Shown here: positions 25,807 to 40,800 of the stretch, one piece after another
Position numbering within the stretch: position 1 is the first letter of the stretch
Layout: each line of letters opens with the position of its first letter
NCBI GenBank assembly: GCA_964035545.1
Contig: OZ037765.1
Location: 34,806,080-34,870,079 of the forward strand
Length of the DNA stretch: 64,000 nucleotides
From: Bugula neritina
Taxonomy: Eukaryota; Animalia; Bryozoa
Reading direction: 5' to 3'
Translations under genes and position numbers: made by a program
Notes under the pieces: generated by a model
What the model was told of the DNA's origin: nothing
Databases searched by the model: none
What the model saw: the letters and a program-made list of their open reading frames with translations, nothing else

Positions 25807-28800
25807 GTTAGTAAATCAATAACTTATACACAGTGTGTCAAATTAATTCTGTAAGAAGTTAGTAAATACTGAATGAGTTTCAGTGATAAGGAAAGTTTCA
25901 CTGGTTGTATTCCATTTAGGAGCAGTAGTGGAGAAATTGAGATAGCCCAAGTTCTTTAAATTTCTTTATAGATTGTGGTTTGGGGCACGGGTTGAAATTA
26001 TTGCGAGAACATAACTTCTTTTGCTACATTTCTAATCTTTCTCAATTTCTCCATTACTGCACCTACCTCTTGTATTCAATGTAACTGGCCCCGTGTGATA
26101 TATTTATTGTGTACTTGCTGATAAACTTGCTGATAAAAACTAAATAAAATAAAACAAGAGTTATATAAATGATTGCATGCATAAATGGGGTTAAAAATAT
26201 CAAAGTAATGCTCACAAAAACTATGTACAAGAAAAGCCATAAAAGTATTTATTACAAAATAATAATTCAGATGATATAATAATATGGATAAAAGTAACCA
26301 ACCTCTTGGGTCTTTCATACACAGCACCAATATAATTATTATATTGAACAACCAGAATAAAATGATACAGTTTTGCTGCCAACTAATTCTAATAAGTTTA
26401 CCAAGAATTTATATACTATGGCTGCTGTTACTGTACCAGGCAAAAATATTGTCCCTAAAATACCACAATGATTGTGTCCCAAAACATAGTGAACATTCAC
26501 TGGGTAGCCTCAGGGTATCAACTTAGCTTAGTAGAGGTAGGACAAGAATGATAGACACCTCAACCACAACGCCTGACCACATATCTAATAGTCAGCACAA
26601 GGCAGATGAGTAATGCCTGCTGACGTATGTCACCTAAACATAAAGAAGAAGTTAATGGGGTGATGAGGTCAATAGTTATTTATAGTGGGTAATACACAAC
26701 CAGTTACATTCAGTAACCAAAGTTTCTGTCATGTCACAGCTACAGTACATCTTCTGTCTATAGATGTGGTGTGGTGTGAGTTTATGTTGTAAACAAAAGA
26801 AAACGATAAGTTAAAATACATGCACACGCGCACGCACGCACACGCACGCACACGCACACACACGCACACACACTTATATTCATATAAGCTAAAGTTAAGG
26901 TATTTCAACATGATTTACTGGCCAGTGGTATACTGTGTATAATCAGTTAGTCAAACTGATTATTATTATTTATAAAGTGGTGGATATTTTGTAGAGAAGT
27001 ACTGGGTGTGGTTCAACACATCCAGTATAGATGGAGCTGATGATGAGTGGATGGAGAATGATACTACACCCTACACTATAGAAGAGATCAAGAATAAAAG
27101 TAGACATCATACAGTGACTCATGTTATACTGAAGTATGGCATTCCTCCAAATATCAACACACTGTTTCCTCATCTCACACATCTGAGGGTATCTGGAATA
27201 TTCGCATGTCATAACTGGACCAGGTATTATATTGTGTCTAACACATGCATGCAGTATAAGAGAAGAAAATGAGAATTTCTTATCAGTGGTGACTATTCAT
27301 ACTGTTAGCTAGTATTTAGTGACTATTCATACTGTTAGCTAGTATTTAGTGACTATTCATACTGCTAGCTAGTATTTAGTGACTATTCATACTGCTAGCT
27401 AGTATTTAGTAACTATTCATACTGCTAGCTAGTATTTAGTGACTATTCATACTGCTAGCTAGTATTTAGTGACTATTCATACTGCTAGCTAGTATTTAGT
27501 GACTATTCATACTGCTAGCTAGTATTTAGTGACTATTCATACTGCTAGCTAGTATTTAGTGACTATTCATACTGTTAGCTAGTATTTAGTGACTATTCAT
27601 ACTGCTAGCTAGTATTTAGTGACTATTGATACTGTTAGCTAGTATTTAGTGACTATTCACACTGCTAGCTAGTATTTAGTGACTATTCATACTGCTAGCT
27701 AGTATTTAGTGACTATTCATACTGCTAGCTAGTATTTAGTGACTATTCATACTGCTAGCTAGTATTTAGTGTCTATTCATACTGCTAGCTAGTGTTTAGT
27801 GACTATTCATACTGCTAGCTAGTATTTAGTGACTATTCATACTGTTAGCTAGTATTTAGTGACTATTCATACTGCTAGCTAGTATTTAGTGACTATTCAT
27901 ACTGCTAGCTAGTATTTAGTAACTATTCATACTGCTAGCTAGTATTTAGTGACTATTCATACTGCTAGCTAGTATTTAGTAACTATTCATACTGCTAGCT
28001 AGTATTTAGTGACTATTCATACTACTAGCTAGTATTTAGTGACTATTCATACTGCTAGCTAGTATTTAGTGACTATTCATACTGCTAGCTAGTATTTAGT
28101 GACTATTCATACTGCTAGCTAGTATTTAGTGACTATTCATACTGCTAGCTAGTATTTAGTGACTATTCATACTGCTAGCTAGTATTTAGTGACTATTCAT
28201 ACTACTAGCTAGTATTTAGTGACTATTCATACTGCTAGCTAGTATTTAGTGACTATTCATACTGCTAGCTAGTATTTAGTGACTATTCATATACTGCCAG
28301 CTAGTATTTAGTGACTATACATACTGCTAGCTAGTATTTAGTGACTATACATACTGCTAGCTAATATTTAGTGAATATTCATACTGCTAGCTAGTATTTA
28401 GTGACTATTCATACTGCTAGCTAGTATTTAGTAACTATTCATACTGCTAGCTAGTATTTAGTGACTATTCATACTGTTAGCTAGTATTTAGTGACTATTC
28501 ATACTGCTAGCTAGTATTTAGTGACTATTCATACTGCTAGCTAGTATTTAGTAACTATTCATACTGCTAGCTAGTATTTAGTGACTATTCATACTGCTAG
28601 CTAGTATTTAGTAACTATTCATACTGCTAGCTAGTATTTAGTGACTATTCATACTACTAGCTAGTATTTAGTGACTATTCATACTGCTAGCTAGTATTTA
28701 GTGACTATTCATACTGCTAGCTAGTATTTAGTGACTATTCATACTGCTAGCTAGTATTTAGTGACTATTCATACTGCTAGCTAGTATTTAGTGACTATTC

Positions 28801-31800
28801 ATACTGCTAGCTAGTATTTAGTGACTATTCATACTACTAGCTAGTATTTAGTGACTATTCATACTGCTAGCTAGTATTTAGTGACTATTCATACTGCTAG
28901 CTAGTATTTAGTGACTATTCATACTGCTAGCTAGTATTTAGTGACTATTCATACTGCTAGCTAGTATTTAGTGACTATTCATACTGCTAGCTAGTATTCA
29001 GTGACTATTCATACTGCTAGCTTGTATTTAGTGTCTATTCATACTGCTAGCTAGTATTTAGTGACTATTCATACTGCTAGCTAGTATTTAGTAACTATTC
29101 ATACTGCTAGCTATAGTATTTAGTGACTATTCATACTGCTAGCTAGTATTTAGTGACTATTCATACTGCTAGCTAGTATTTAGTGACTATTCATACTGCT
29201 AGCTAGTATTTAGTGACTATTCATACTGCTAGCTAGTATTCAGTGACTATTCATACTGCTAGCTTGTATTTAGTGTCTATTCATACTGCTAGCTAGTATT
29301 TAGTGACTATTCATACTGCTAGCTAGTATTTAGTAACTATTCATACTGCTAGCTATAGTATTTAGTGACTATTCATACTGCTAGCTAGTATTTAGTGACT
29401 ATTCATACTGCTAGCTAGTATTTAGTGACTATTCATACTGCTAGCTAGTATTTAGTGACTATTCATACTGCTAGCTAGTATTTAGTGACTATTCATACTG
29501 CTAGCTAGTATTTAGTGACTATTCATACTGCTAGCTAGTATTTAGTGACTATTCATACTGCTAGCTAGTATTTAGTGACTATTCATACTGCTAGCTGTAT
29601 TTAGTGACTATTCATACTGCTAGCTAGTATTTAGTGACTATTCATACTGTTAGCTAGTATTTAGTGACTATTCATACTGTTAGCTAGTAGTTAGTGACTA
29701 TTCATACTGCTAGCTTGTATTTAGTGTCTATTCATACTGCTAGCTAGTATTTAGTGACTATTCATACTGCTAGTTAGTATTTAGTGACTATTCATACTGT
29801 TAGCTAGTATTTAGTGACTATTCATACTGTTAGCTAGTAGTTAGTGACTATTCATACTGCTAGCTTGTATTTAGTGTCTATTCATACTGCTAGCTAGTAT
29901 TTAGTGACTATTCATACTGCTAGCTTGTATTTAGTGTCTATTCATGCTACCAGCTAGTATTTAGTGACTATTCATACTGCTAGCTAGTATTTAGTATTAT
30001 AGTATATAGAATGATACTGTAATAAATATGATATCCTATCACCAAATCATCTATCTAGTTCTCAATCTATCATATATTAGTATTTAGGTTATCTTTAGAG
30101 TTATCTTTGTTTTCATATCTGTATGTTATGTTACAGCATATCTTCACTGGAGAATCTTGAGGTATTGAATATATCATTTAATAGCCTATCTGAAAGTCTA
30201 CCTGAAGGTCTACCTGACAATATATTCACATCCTTACTATCATTGAGAGAGTTGAACATGAGGCGCTGTGAACTGTCAACTCTACCAAACAGGTGTGTAT
30301 TATATTATAGTGTAGAATGATACTGTAATATATATAATATCTCATCAGTAACTCAGCAACTGTCTGTATACATAGCAAAGGTTTCTACAGTTACACTCAG
30401 GTTGAAGATATTCTGTTGAGACTTAAAGAATCCATGACACACTTTACTTATATAGCATGAAAATATTCATCTATACCTTAGCTATCATCTAATCATCCTT
30501 TTAAGGGTGGATGGCTAGACTACTTTGTTTTATAACAAGTTTAGTGCATGCATGTCCAAAAAACTTTCGGATTTCTGAGCTCTCAGTACACACGTATTAC
30601 GCCGCTTCCGGTCGGCTTCGAGTCCTAGTTACTATGTAACTAATAGTAATAATTGCATACTTTCCACAGCGTGTTATTTTTAGCCACTGCAACACATAGG
30701 TCAATCACTGAACTGGCATACAATTTAAAACATAGAGTACAACTATGCCCAATGAAAAAAACAAATGCTACCATTTTATCATTCATATTAAGAGCTAAAG
30801 TTACTTCCGTTAGAAATTTTAAGCATCGGAAAAATCAAATAGCCTCACCTCCACGATGTAATTAGAACGGGTGGTTAGGTACGGCGATAACACGATATTG
30901 TTAAAAGAAATTAGCTAAATCCAACGAGTGGTAAACTTTTCTATAAAACATTACAAATAATTATGTAACTTATTACACTGCCTTACAAATAGATTATCAT
31001 TACCGTAACCGGATATTACCAATATAACGCGTGCCTAGTAGTACTACTAGTAGTAGTCGCTCGCTATCTGTATAAATTCGATTTCATGTTGCCATTGGAC
31101 TCTAACGAACAAACTTATTACTTATATTACTAGTTACACTTACTGTGAACATGACTACACGAGTGGTTTCTAGCTCTAAAGGCAAATGCAAAAGAAGAAT
31201 GTGTGAAGCTGCAATGTGTTCGTACAAAGAAAAGCACCTGTTTAAATGGCCTGCTGATACTCATACTGTGTGTGGTGAAAAATGGACCAAGTTTGTCAAT
31301 GTGAAAAGAAAAGATTTTCTGCCTGATAACAACTCTCGTTTGTGTTTTCAGCATTTTAATGATGAACAATTTACAAACATGGGCATGTATAAAGCAAAGC
31401 TCATTAACATGTAAGTGAATAACTCCCTCAAACTCATATTGATACTCATACTGATATACTGATGCAGTGATTGTGACACTGACTGTGATAGAATTAGACG
31501 ATAATGATGGTTCTTTTGATGTTGATTTTCAACAACAAGTATAACTATAACTATTACGTATTACTAAAAGTTGGTATAAGTCAATAGGATCGTCATGACC
31601 GTGTTGATTCAATTTCATGTGATTATCACTTTGAAAAACTTGCAAGTACAAGTTTGCATTTATGATTTACACGATAACCATTATTGTAAGGGAATTCATA
31701 ATGGTGATAATATGAAAGACTTATAATTATCAGAATGTGTCATAGTCACTTGGATACATACCATTAATATTATTATATTAATATTATGATTCATACGCAC

Positions 31801-34800
31801 CGATACTCATGCTATGAGTATGATACTGGTTATTTGTGCCATCATCAATACCAGTAAATGGTAAATATTGTTCACTTAGCTTATTGAAAGAATGAACATT
31901 CATTGTTTTTTATTTACTCTTTAGATTGCATTTAGAGAAAACAGCAGTCCCAACTATTCATTTAGTGGAAACTGAGGGTGCAACTGGATGTACTCCATTA
32001 ACCCCTAGAAAACAAAGTCAGCAGGCGGCCACTATCACACCTAAAGAAGCTCGCTGGTTAAAAAGATCAGACCCCGATTTCCTGTAAGGATTACAATAAT
32101 TATTGAAAATGCATCTTGAGCAATAAAATTGAAATATGATGGAGACAATTGAGATTTTCTGCAGCTGTTTCAATAATATTTTTCCATTTACCTTCATATA
32201 TAATAATATTTTAGAGCTTTGCCAAGTCAAACTAAAAAACCAGCTCTCAGTCTTAAGCCAGAAAAAAGGGGCCTACAGCAAGGAAAAGGACACAATAAAT
32301 ATGTGCAAACACCTAGAAGAATGCAGAAAAATATTAGAAGCAAAGCTATTCAATGCTGGTATATAGAAATATGGCGAAATAGTATTGTTCACTTAGCTCC
32401 AAAACTGAATTCATAGCTTTTCTCCATATTTATTTTTATTTAAAATGCATGTTCTAATGCAACAAAAAAAACAAATATTTTTTTATTTTGATTAGTATAA
32501 AAAGTCAACTTCTGTGTAATGGAAATAATATTTTTAATTTTCCACCTCAAGGTGTGTCAAAAATGAATTTGGGCAATATATCCACTTGTAGCCTCAGTTT
32601 CCATTGAAGTGTAGATATCCGCTTTCACTGTAGAGCAGCTGTATGTTTGGTTTTATTGGTACTTTATTAGAGCCATAAATAGCAATGTGAAAACTATAAT
32701 AAATAAAACAATATATTGGTAAAAATATGTAAAAATTTATACTATGTCACAAAGTTTCATGAAAACAATAATATTGTTATATATTATATTACATTGCATT
32801 GCATAAGATATTCTAGTACTAGGAATATTGTAATACCTGTTTGCTCTACATAGCTTCTACAAAGTGACTACTAAGTCATGGCTCTAGCACCTGACCTACC
32901 ATGGCTAGGTCAGGTGCTAGAACAATCATGGTGTGCAGCTTCCAAGCATTGATACATAGCTAAATTAAATTGTTTGCAAGGTTTTTACTCACTAATACAC
33001 ATTCATAACATAACAGTAACTTTAACAAAAACAAATTTTATTGGCAATAAGGTTAAAAAGATATTTACTGGGCGTTAATTAAATACATTTCATTACTAAA
33101 TTACTGATTATGTGCACAAACAGGATGTATTACAAAAGGGACATTCTGGCTGTTACATGAATGAATATGAAATCTTGATAAGGTTTATAAAGTGCTACTA
33201 GTATGACTTAGTAAGGACTTTAAGAAGATATGTACTAGCAAATGTTCTGCTGCATGCATATATTTTATTAGTGTCCCAACTTTACAAGTGTGTCAGAGAT
33301 TCTGGAACATGAGTTATAATTTGATTTAAATCTTCATTGTACACGAATTTGCTGAACATCCATTCAGCAAATTCTTCCTCATCTTCAGTTGGGGGAATGT
33401 AGCTTGCACCCAATCATATAAGCAAGCTGGTAAAGGGCGTCTCTCACCTTTTTTAATATCTGGAAACAGCCAGAACACCAAAAACCGGTAGCTGCAGAAT
33501 CTTTTTTTAGTGTTGAGAGAATGGGCCTTCTCATCAAACAAATCATCTACCAAAATAAATGATTGGCTAAATAATCAAGTAAGACTATCTAGAAAAACTA
33601 ACAATAACAGTTACTAATATACAGTAGCAATTGACTAACCATGATATCTTAGGTAGCTGCTGTATGCAACTTCTAATACAGCTGGTTGCGTCAATTGCTG
33701 TACTCCCGGGTGCTGTGTTATACATTCTATGCCGTCATCTAATCGAAGGTTTGCAGCATGATCACGACAACAAACAGACTGTTCTACTGTAGGCTGATTT
33801 TGACAGCGGTGGCAAGTGCACCACTCCTTGGCTGGCCTTATATTTTTCTACAAAACAAGCTTTTTTAAAAAAAACATTGTTACCAGTATCATCCACATTA
33901 AGTCCATTAATTACTGTGTCTAAATTTGTTTCCTGTATTTTTCTTTGTATTAAAAATTGAGTCCAATGAGGCTGAAGTTTGAAAATACTTTAAAATCATG
34001 GGTTTCCAAATATTCCAAGTTTGCATTACTATTCAAACTATGTTTATATTTATAGTTAATAATTAATTAGATTTTTTATATTAAAACAAACTCATAATTT
34101 CTGCTATGAAATAAACCAAATTTTCAAGAATTTTAAAACATTTTATTGTTGTTAGTACTATATGTTATACTATAAAAGCAGAAATTCAGAGAAATGGGGG
34201 GGGGGCTTACAAATAGAATACTAAATGCTATCATCGTGAATACAAGTTTGACATGATTATGTAAGTGATTAACTTATTTTGTTAAAGATCGGTATAGCCA
34301 CAATTACAATAAAAATGAATAATAATTATTATTATGCATTTATAAAAATACAATCCTTCCCTTGACCTAAAATATCAGGTAAATCCAACTACAAATAATT
34401 AATACTAATGGTGTGGTGGTTCGTGGAACTACCAGCAGCACAACATGTAGGGTCGCGCAATTGACCCGGAACAATGGATAACCAATTAGCGTAGTTGATA
34501 GTTAGCAGCAATTGTAGTTTCCCGCTGCTAACTCAGTCGAAGCTAGAGTGTGAAATAGATTAGATGTGTAACTTGTTTGGAAATAATGTATCGTTTTTAT
34601 AATGTATAATTGTGTGTAAAATATACTCGTTCACTCGACTTATCCTGGTGCAGTTCTATAGTAAATAAATAGACTCTCTGGATAGCACATCAACCCTAAA
34701 TCTGAAAATTATAACAGTGGTGGCAGCAGTGGGATAGTGCATCCAAGATGGAGACTGAAAATGCTGGAACTCAACCACCGGCAATCGAAGGTGAGCGTAG

Positions 34801-37800
34801 AGACAATGCTGTAGAGACAATGCCTGTTAACCATGTAGTAGAAGAGCGAAGGGTTCCGCGAGAACTAGCTGAGGACCGCTACAGGTTAAAGGCGCCCACC
34901 TTCACGGGTGAAGAGGAGGTGGAACAATTTATCCAAGAGTTTAGCGACGTAATGGACGTCGCTCAGTGGCCCCCTAGGGTGGCCTTGCTGAAGCTTAGAA
35001 TGGCATTAATGGACAAAGCCAAGCCCTATGGGCTGGGCGTAGACATTGATAATATCTTTGCTTCTCTGCGGGCCCGCTTTGGCCTCTCTGCTACAGATGC
35101 CAGGGCCCGATTGCAGAGGTTGCGGCGTGATCCCTGCACCCCGCTGCGGGAGCATGCCGCCGCGGTCATGAAGCTGGCACAGATCGCGTACAGCGACTTG
35201 CCCCCAGTCAACCGCGAGAGGTACACCCTCGACGCTTTCATAGCATCTGTCGACGATCTGGGTCTCCACCACCAGTTTCTAGCTAGGGGAGTCACCACCG
35301 TTGAAGATGCTCTGACTGAGGGGGAAGCTTACCTCCTAGCTAATCAAATGCATAAAAGTCGCGGAAGCTCCCGCCAAGTGGAGATAGACCGCGCAGACAC
35401 GGCCGCGGGACAAGGGGAGGAAACCTCCGCCGCGGCTGCCGTGTCCCAGTTGGCGACGGCATCGAAAGTCACTCAACTGACGGACATGCTAGCCAAGCTG
35501 ATAGCAAAACTGACACCACAAAACCCAGTGAGTACCGCCCCTGAGCCCATGCGGCCATCGGCGCCGCCACAGGGAGAAACAGTCAGTTTTTGCTGGGAGT
35601 GCGGAAATCAAGGACATTTCCGCCGATATTGTCCCTTCCTAAATCAGGGGTTAAACTACCGCGGCCCGCAGATGTTCCCACCTTCCGCGGGCCGACGATG
35701 AAACCTCCAGGGAAGAAGAAACGCAGGTCACCCAGACGGGTACCGCGTACTGGCAACCAACAGTGGCAACAGCCACGACGGACCAGCAAGGGGCTTCGCC
35801 CCGCAGCTGCCTTTTCTATGCCCCTTCACAACAGATTCACAGGGCTACAAGTCCAAGAATCTGGATGGGAGCCCACAAAGGTAGCTGAGAATCTAGCCTC
35901 GGCACCCCCGAGGCCTACCTACCACCGCCCTAAGAGACCTCCTTCGCGACCCAAAGCGAGGGAGGTACTCCCTGCGAGAGTAAGGCCTGAAGGGAGAGTT
36001 CAGGTGCAGCCCCATGGGAACAGCTATTTCTTGCCCGGTAAACTGGAAGGCAAAGCTGTTACTTTCCTCATTGATTCGGGCTGTACCACAAACCTCTTAA
36101 GCCGCCAACTCTTCGACACCCTCAGTACTAGGGTCAGGGGCGAGATGGAAGCATACGAAGGGGAATACGGCACCCTCGCTGACGGGTCGTGCCTTCCCTT
36201 CTATGGTATAATTGAGCTGACGGGACGAGTCCGCGATCAAACGATCCAAGAGACGTTCATCGTCAGTCAGCTCAAGGAGGATGCTATCCTCGGGATGCCG
36301 TTCCTTAAACGGCACGGATGTCACATAGATTTTAGCAGATCTGCAATGATGATGTCCGGGCGGGAACTCGCCTGCGTCGACAAGTTCGGCCGCCCTTTAG
36401 TGGGAGGTGTGCAAGTGGTACGCAACCGTATCATACCAGGCCGCTCCCGGGCTACCATTCACTGCAGGGTGAATAGTAGCCGGATCTCTGGACTCGGGGT
36501 GGTTGAAGGCGCGCACGAAAAGATCCAACTTGCCAGCAGTCTGAATCACCTGACTGAGCAAGGGGAGATCTTAGTGCAGTGTGTCAACCCCTTTACCGAG
36601 CCTATCAAGCTCCCGGCTGGGTCGATGCTGGGCCGTTTTCACTCTGTTCAGGAGGGAGACGTAGGCCCGTCGCTGGGTGATGCGACGGAGGCACCCCCTC
36701 AGTGCCCTATTCAGGGACGGGGGGCAGTCCCAACACATCTCCGGGAGTTATACGAAACAGCCAGTGGCGGCTGCGCGAGTAACAGAGAACGCCAAGCTAT
36801 GGCTAAGTTAGTACGCGACTACGGTGATGTGTTCAGCAGCGGAGAGCATGACGTGGGACTGACTGGAATTGTCAGACACGAAATACCGCTGACTGCAGGG
36901 ACAGTCCCTGTCCGGCAGCCCACACGCAGGCTGGGGCCGGAGAAAGAGAAGGAGGTTAGCCGACAAGTACGGGATCTTCTGGACCGGGGACTGATAGAGC
37001 CCGCCCATAGTGCGTGGAGCTCGCCAGTCGTACTGGTCCGGAAGAAAGACGGCAGTTGGCGGTTCTGTGTGGACTACCGCAAACTCAATAGCGTAACCAT
37101 ACAGGACGCCTACCCTCTACCTCGTATTGACGAGTCATTGGACGCCCTAGCCGGCAGCAAGTACTTCAGTACGTTAGACTTGCTAAGCGGCTATTGGCAG
37201 GTTCCTCTGAGTCCCGACGCCCAAGAGAAAGCGGCGTTTATCACACGGGACGGTTTGTGGAAGTGGAAGGTGCTGCCCTTCGGGTTAACCTCCGCCCCAG
37301 CCACCTTCCAGAGGCTGATGGAACAAGTCCTTAGCGGACTCCATTGGAAGACACTGCTGGTCTACCTCGATGATGTCATCGTAATCTCTCCAGACTTCGA
37401 GACACATGTCAGTCGTCTGCAGGAGGTTTTCGAGAGACTCCGAGGTGCCGGTCTTAAGCTCAAACCTTCCAAGTGCGCTCTATTGCAGCCGGAGGTCAAG
37501 TATCTGGGGCACGTTGTCGGTCGAAACGGCGTGGCAACGGATCCCGAAAAGGTACGGGCAGTAGAAGACTGGGTCACCCCCCAAGACTTGACCGGACTCC
37601 GGGCTTTCTTGGGGCTGGTAGGGTATTACAGGCAATACATACCAGACTTTGCGGGCATAGCCCAGCCGTTAAACCGGCTCACCGCAAAGGGAGTGACGTG
37701 GCAGTGGACTCCAGTCGAGCAAGAAGCGTTCGACCGCCTCAAGGGCTGCCTACTAACGGCGCCCATCTTGGCCTACCCAGACCCCACTCTGGAGTACATC

Positions 37801-40800
37801 CTAGACACGGACGCCAGTGACCAAAATGTTGGCGCTGTGCTGTCACAAGTGCAGGAAGGCCGAGAGGTAGTAGTAGCCTACTACAGCAAGTCTCTCTCAC
37901 CCGCTGAACGAAATTACTGCACTACCCGCAAGGAGCTGCTGGCAGTAATCAAGTCAGTGAAGCACTTCAGACCATATCTATATGGCAGGAAGTTCCGGCT
38001 GCGTACGGATCATGCCTCGCTGATCTGGTTGTGCAGGAGAGCAGAGCCCTCTAGTCAGGTCGCCCGGTGGCTCGAAATCCTAGCTGAATTCTCATACCGG
38101 ATCGAACATCGACCGGGCAAGAGACACAGCAATGCGGATGGGTTGAGTCGCCGACCTGACGGAGGTTGCAAACAGTGTCTCAACATCGAGAGGAGGGATG
38201 GAGGTCCCCCGCGATGCGAGTTGGAGACGCTGGCTCATCACGGAGCACCGTTTGACTGGGATCAAGGTCAACTCAGGCAAAGAGTTGATGAGTCCCCGGA
38301 GGATGTACAAAACCTCCGCGCCAACCCTGTACTGGCCGGTAATGTTCGAGAGCTGAAGAAGCTCCAAGAAGAGCTGCCTGGAGTCGTGGCAGACATATAC
38401 CGGGCCAAAAGGGAAGGGCGACGACCCAGCGAGGAACGCATACGACAGGGATGCGCCGAGTTCCGGCTATACTGTCAGCGTTGGGACTCGCTGCGGATCG
38501 GGCAGGATGGGTTACTAACCATCTCTCTAGCTGCCAGCGGCAGACACCCGGAGAGGAAGAGGGTAGTCTGCCCCCCAGCCATCCGCCGTGAGTTGATTTG
38601 GGATACTCACAAGCAGGCCCACGCAGGGGTCAAGCGAGTGATGTCCAAATTACGACTTCGGTGGTATTGGCCACAAATGGAGCGTGATGTCCGGCTCAGA
38701 GTCAAACAGTGTGAGATCTGCCAGGCCAGTAAGCATAGCCGCCCCCTGGTGAAGCAGGACGGCGGAGGCTATACGCTGGTAGGCCCTGGCAAGTAGTCGC
38801 TGTAGACCTGGTCGGACCCATGCCCCTGACCCCCAGAGGCAATAATTGGATCCTAGTACTAACCGACCACTTTACTAGGTGGGCGGATGCTCTGGCTATC
38901 CCAGATGCATCAGCCCCAACAGTGGCCAGGGCACTAGACCAACATGTATTCTGTTATTTTGGGCTCCCCGAACAGATACACTCTGATCAAGGCGCTCAAT
39001 TCCAGTCTCAACTGATGAGCGACCTTTGCCGCCTCTGGGGAGTAAATCAGAGCAGGACCACCCCCTACCACCCTCAAGGTAACGGGGTGGTGGAGCGCAA
39101 CAACCGGATGCTAGGTGATGCACTCCGGAGTCTCCTCCTTGGACGAGGTCAAGAGGAATGGGATACGGTGTTGCCACAAGTCATGCGTGCATACCGTAGC
39201 ACCCCACACACCAGTACTGGTGAGACCCCAAACCTCTTGATGCTCGGGAGAGAGACTCGTGTCCCTGACCATCTCACTTATCACGTTCCAGAGCAAGATA
39301 AATCAGTCCACGAGTATGCCAGTGAACTAGTGGAACGGATGAAGGCCGCACACGATATACTGCGCCAACAGCAGTGGAAGGTGCGGCACGAAGATTCCGA
39401 TGAACCACCTCTCTATCAAAGGGGAGATAAGGTGTGGATGGTCAATTACCGTAGGCGCCGCGGACAGGCTGATAAGCTGAAGCCTAAGTTCGTAGGCCCC
39501 TACGTGGTCGTCGAGGCTATGCCCAATCATACGTACAAGATTGAGCGCTCAGGACAGGTGTCTATCCAGAATGAGTCTCGCTTGAAACCGTATTGGGCTA
39601 GCCCCGGCGGAGTGGGAGAAGCCCCCCCGTTGTTAGAGCCCAGGAGGCAAACAACAACGCGCGGGCGACGGCGGCATGGACCTGAATACGAAGTGGTCAT
39701 ACCGCGGGAAGAAAACTTGGTGAGAGAGGAGCGGCAGCTTTTGTCAACAGAAGCGTGTCCGCCACCGCCAAGTCTAATTCCATCACTTCCAGAAACCGAG
39801 CCGGTTCCGGAAGTGCAAACCCCCATGGAGGGAGGGGCTCCATCCGGAGAACAAGAAGAGGTGACCGCTAACGGTGAAGTAGAGACGCCATTAGAGGCCC
39901 CTACTAACGAACCGGCAAGCGTGTCACCCCCCCCTAGAAAGGGGACAGCGTACGAGGCAACCCCCCGCATACTTGAAGGACTTCGTATGTGACTGCGTTA
40001 AAAGCGGCACACATGAAAGTCTAGGGGAAAACCGTACGAGAAAAAAATCGAGCAAATGTGGGAGTTGTCAACACCACGGAAATATCAACTTTTGTATCGG
40101 CGGAAATAGAAACAAAATTCATCCGCCGGGTGCACAAAGTCTTAATCACGCACCCCAACCACGTTGCTCGATCTTTTCATACGCTGATGCAGTCAGGAGT
40201 AGACGTGTTTCTAAGCAGTAGTTCAAACCATTTCACACACTCAGTATGTCTTACGACAACAGATCGTGGGGTGAGTTAACTATATCTTAATACGAAACTA
40301 GATTGCATCGCTCAGCGCTGACTCACTGAGTCAACCGAGCTGGAGATAGGTTAGTGAAATACCGTAGTAAGAACTCAGTTTGACTTAGAGATTTTTATAA
40401 TCTCATTGCAATACGTGTTCTATCTGACTATTCACTACCATTAATCTCTACGAGGTAACTGAATTAGGAGTTGCCAAGCTGTTCAAGCTGACAACACAGC
40501 AGTGTACTGTATTAACACTGTTGAAACTTTTTCAGATTACACTCGACCCGCTGCAACCAGGGTACGGGATAGAACACTTCCCGCTCCGTATCCGGAGGAG
40601 TATGCTAGTGGTGACCGGCCTGAGCCACTACGCCGCCGTTGGCGGTGGGTGTCTCCACAAACAGAGGAAGAAATAGAAACGGCCTGGGGGTCCAGAGGAC
40701 GGACGAGATGCCAGATCTGTGGTGAAGATTGCGCCTCTCACCGCTCCCTTAAACTACACGTCAATGCTCATCTCCTACTAACATTCTGCCCCTGCGGGTA

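Noticed and set aside
23808-29995. Regular short repeats as a possible CRISPR array
   Set aside because: Head-to-tail units without unique spacers, no cas genes, eukaryotic context.
30423-30430. piggyBac assignment from the TTAA TSD
   Set aside because: Termini are AG...CT rather than CC...GG, and the THAP plus KolX content fits Kolobok.
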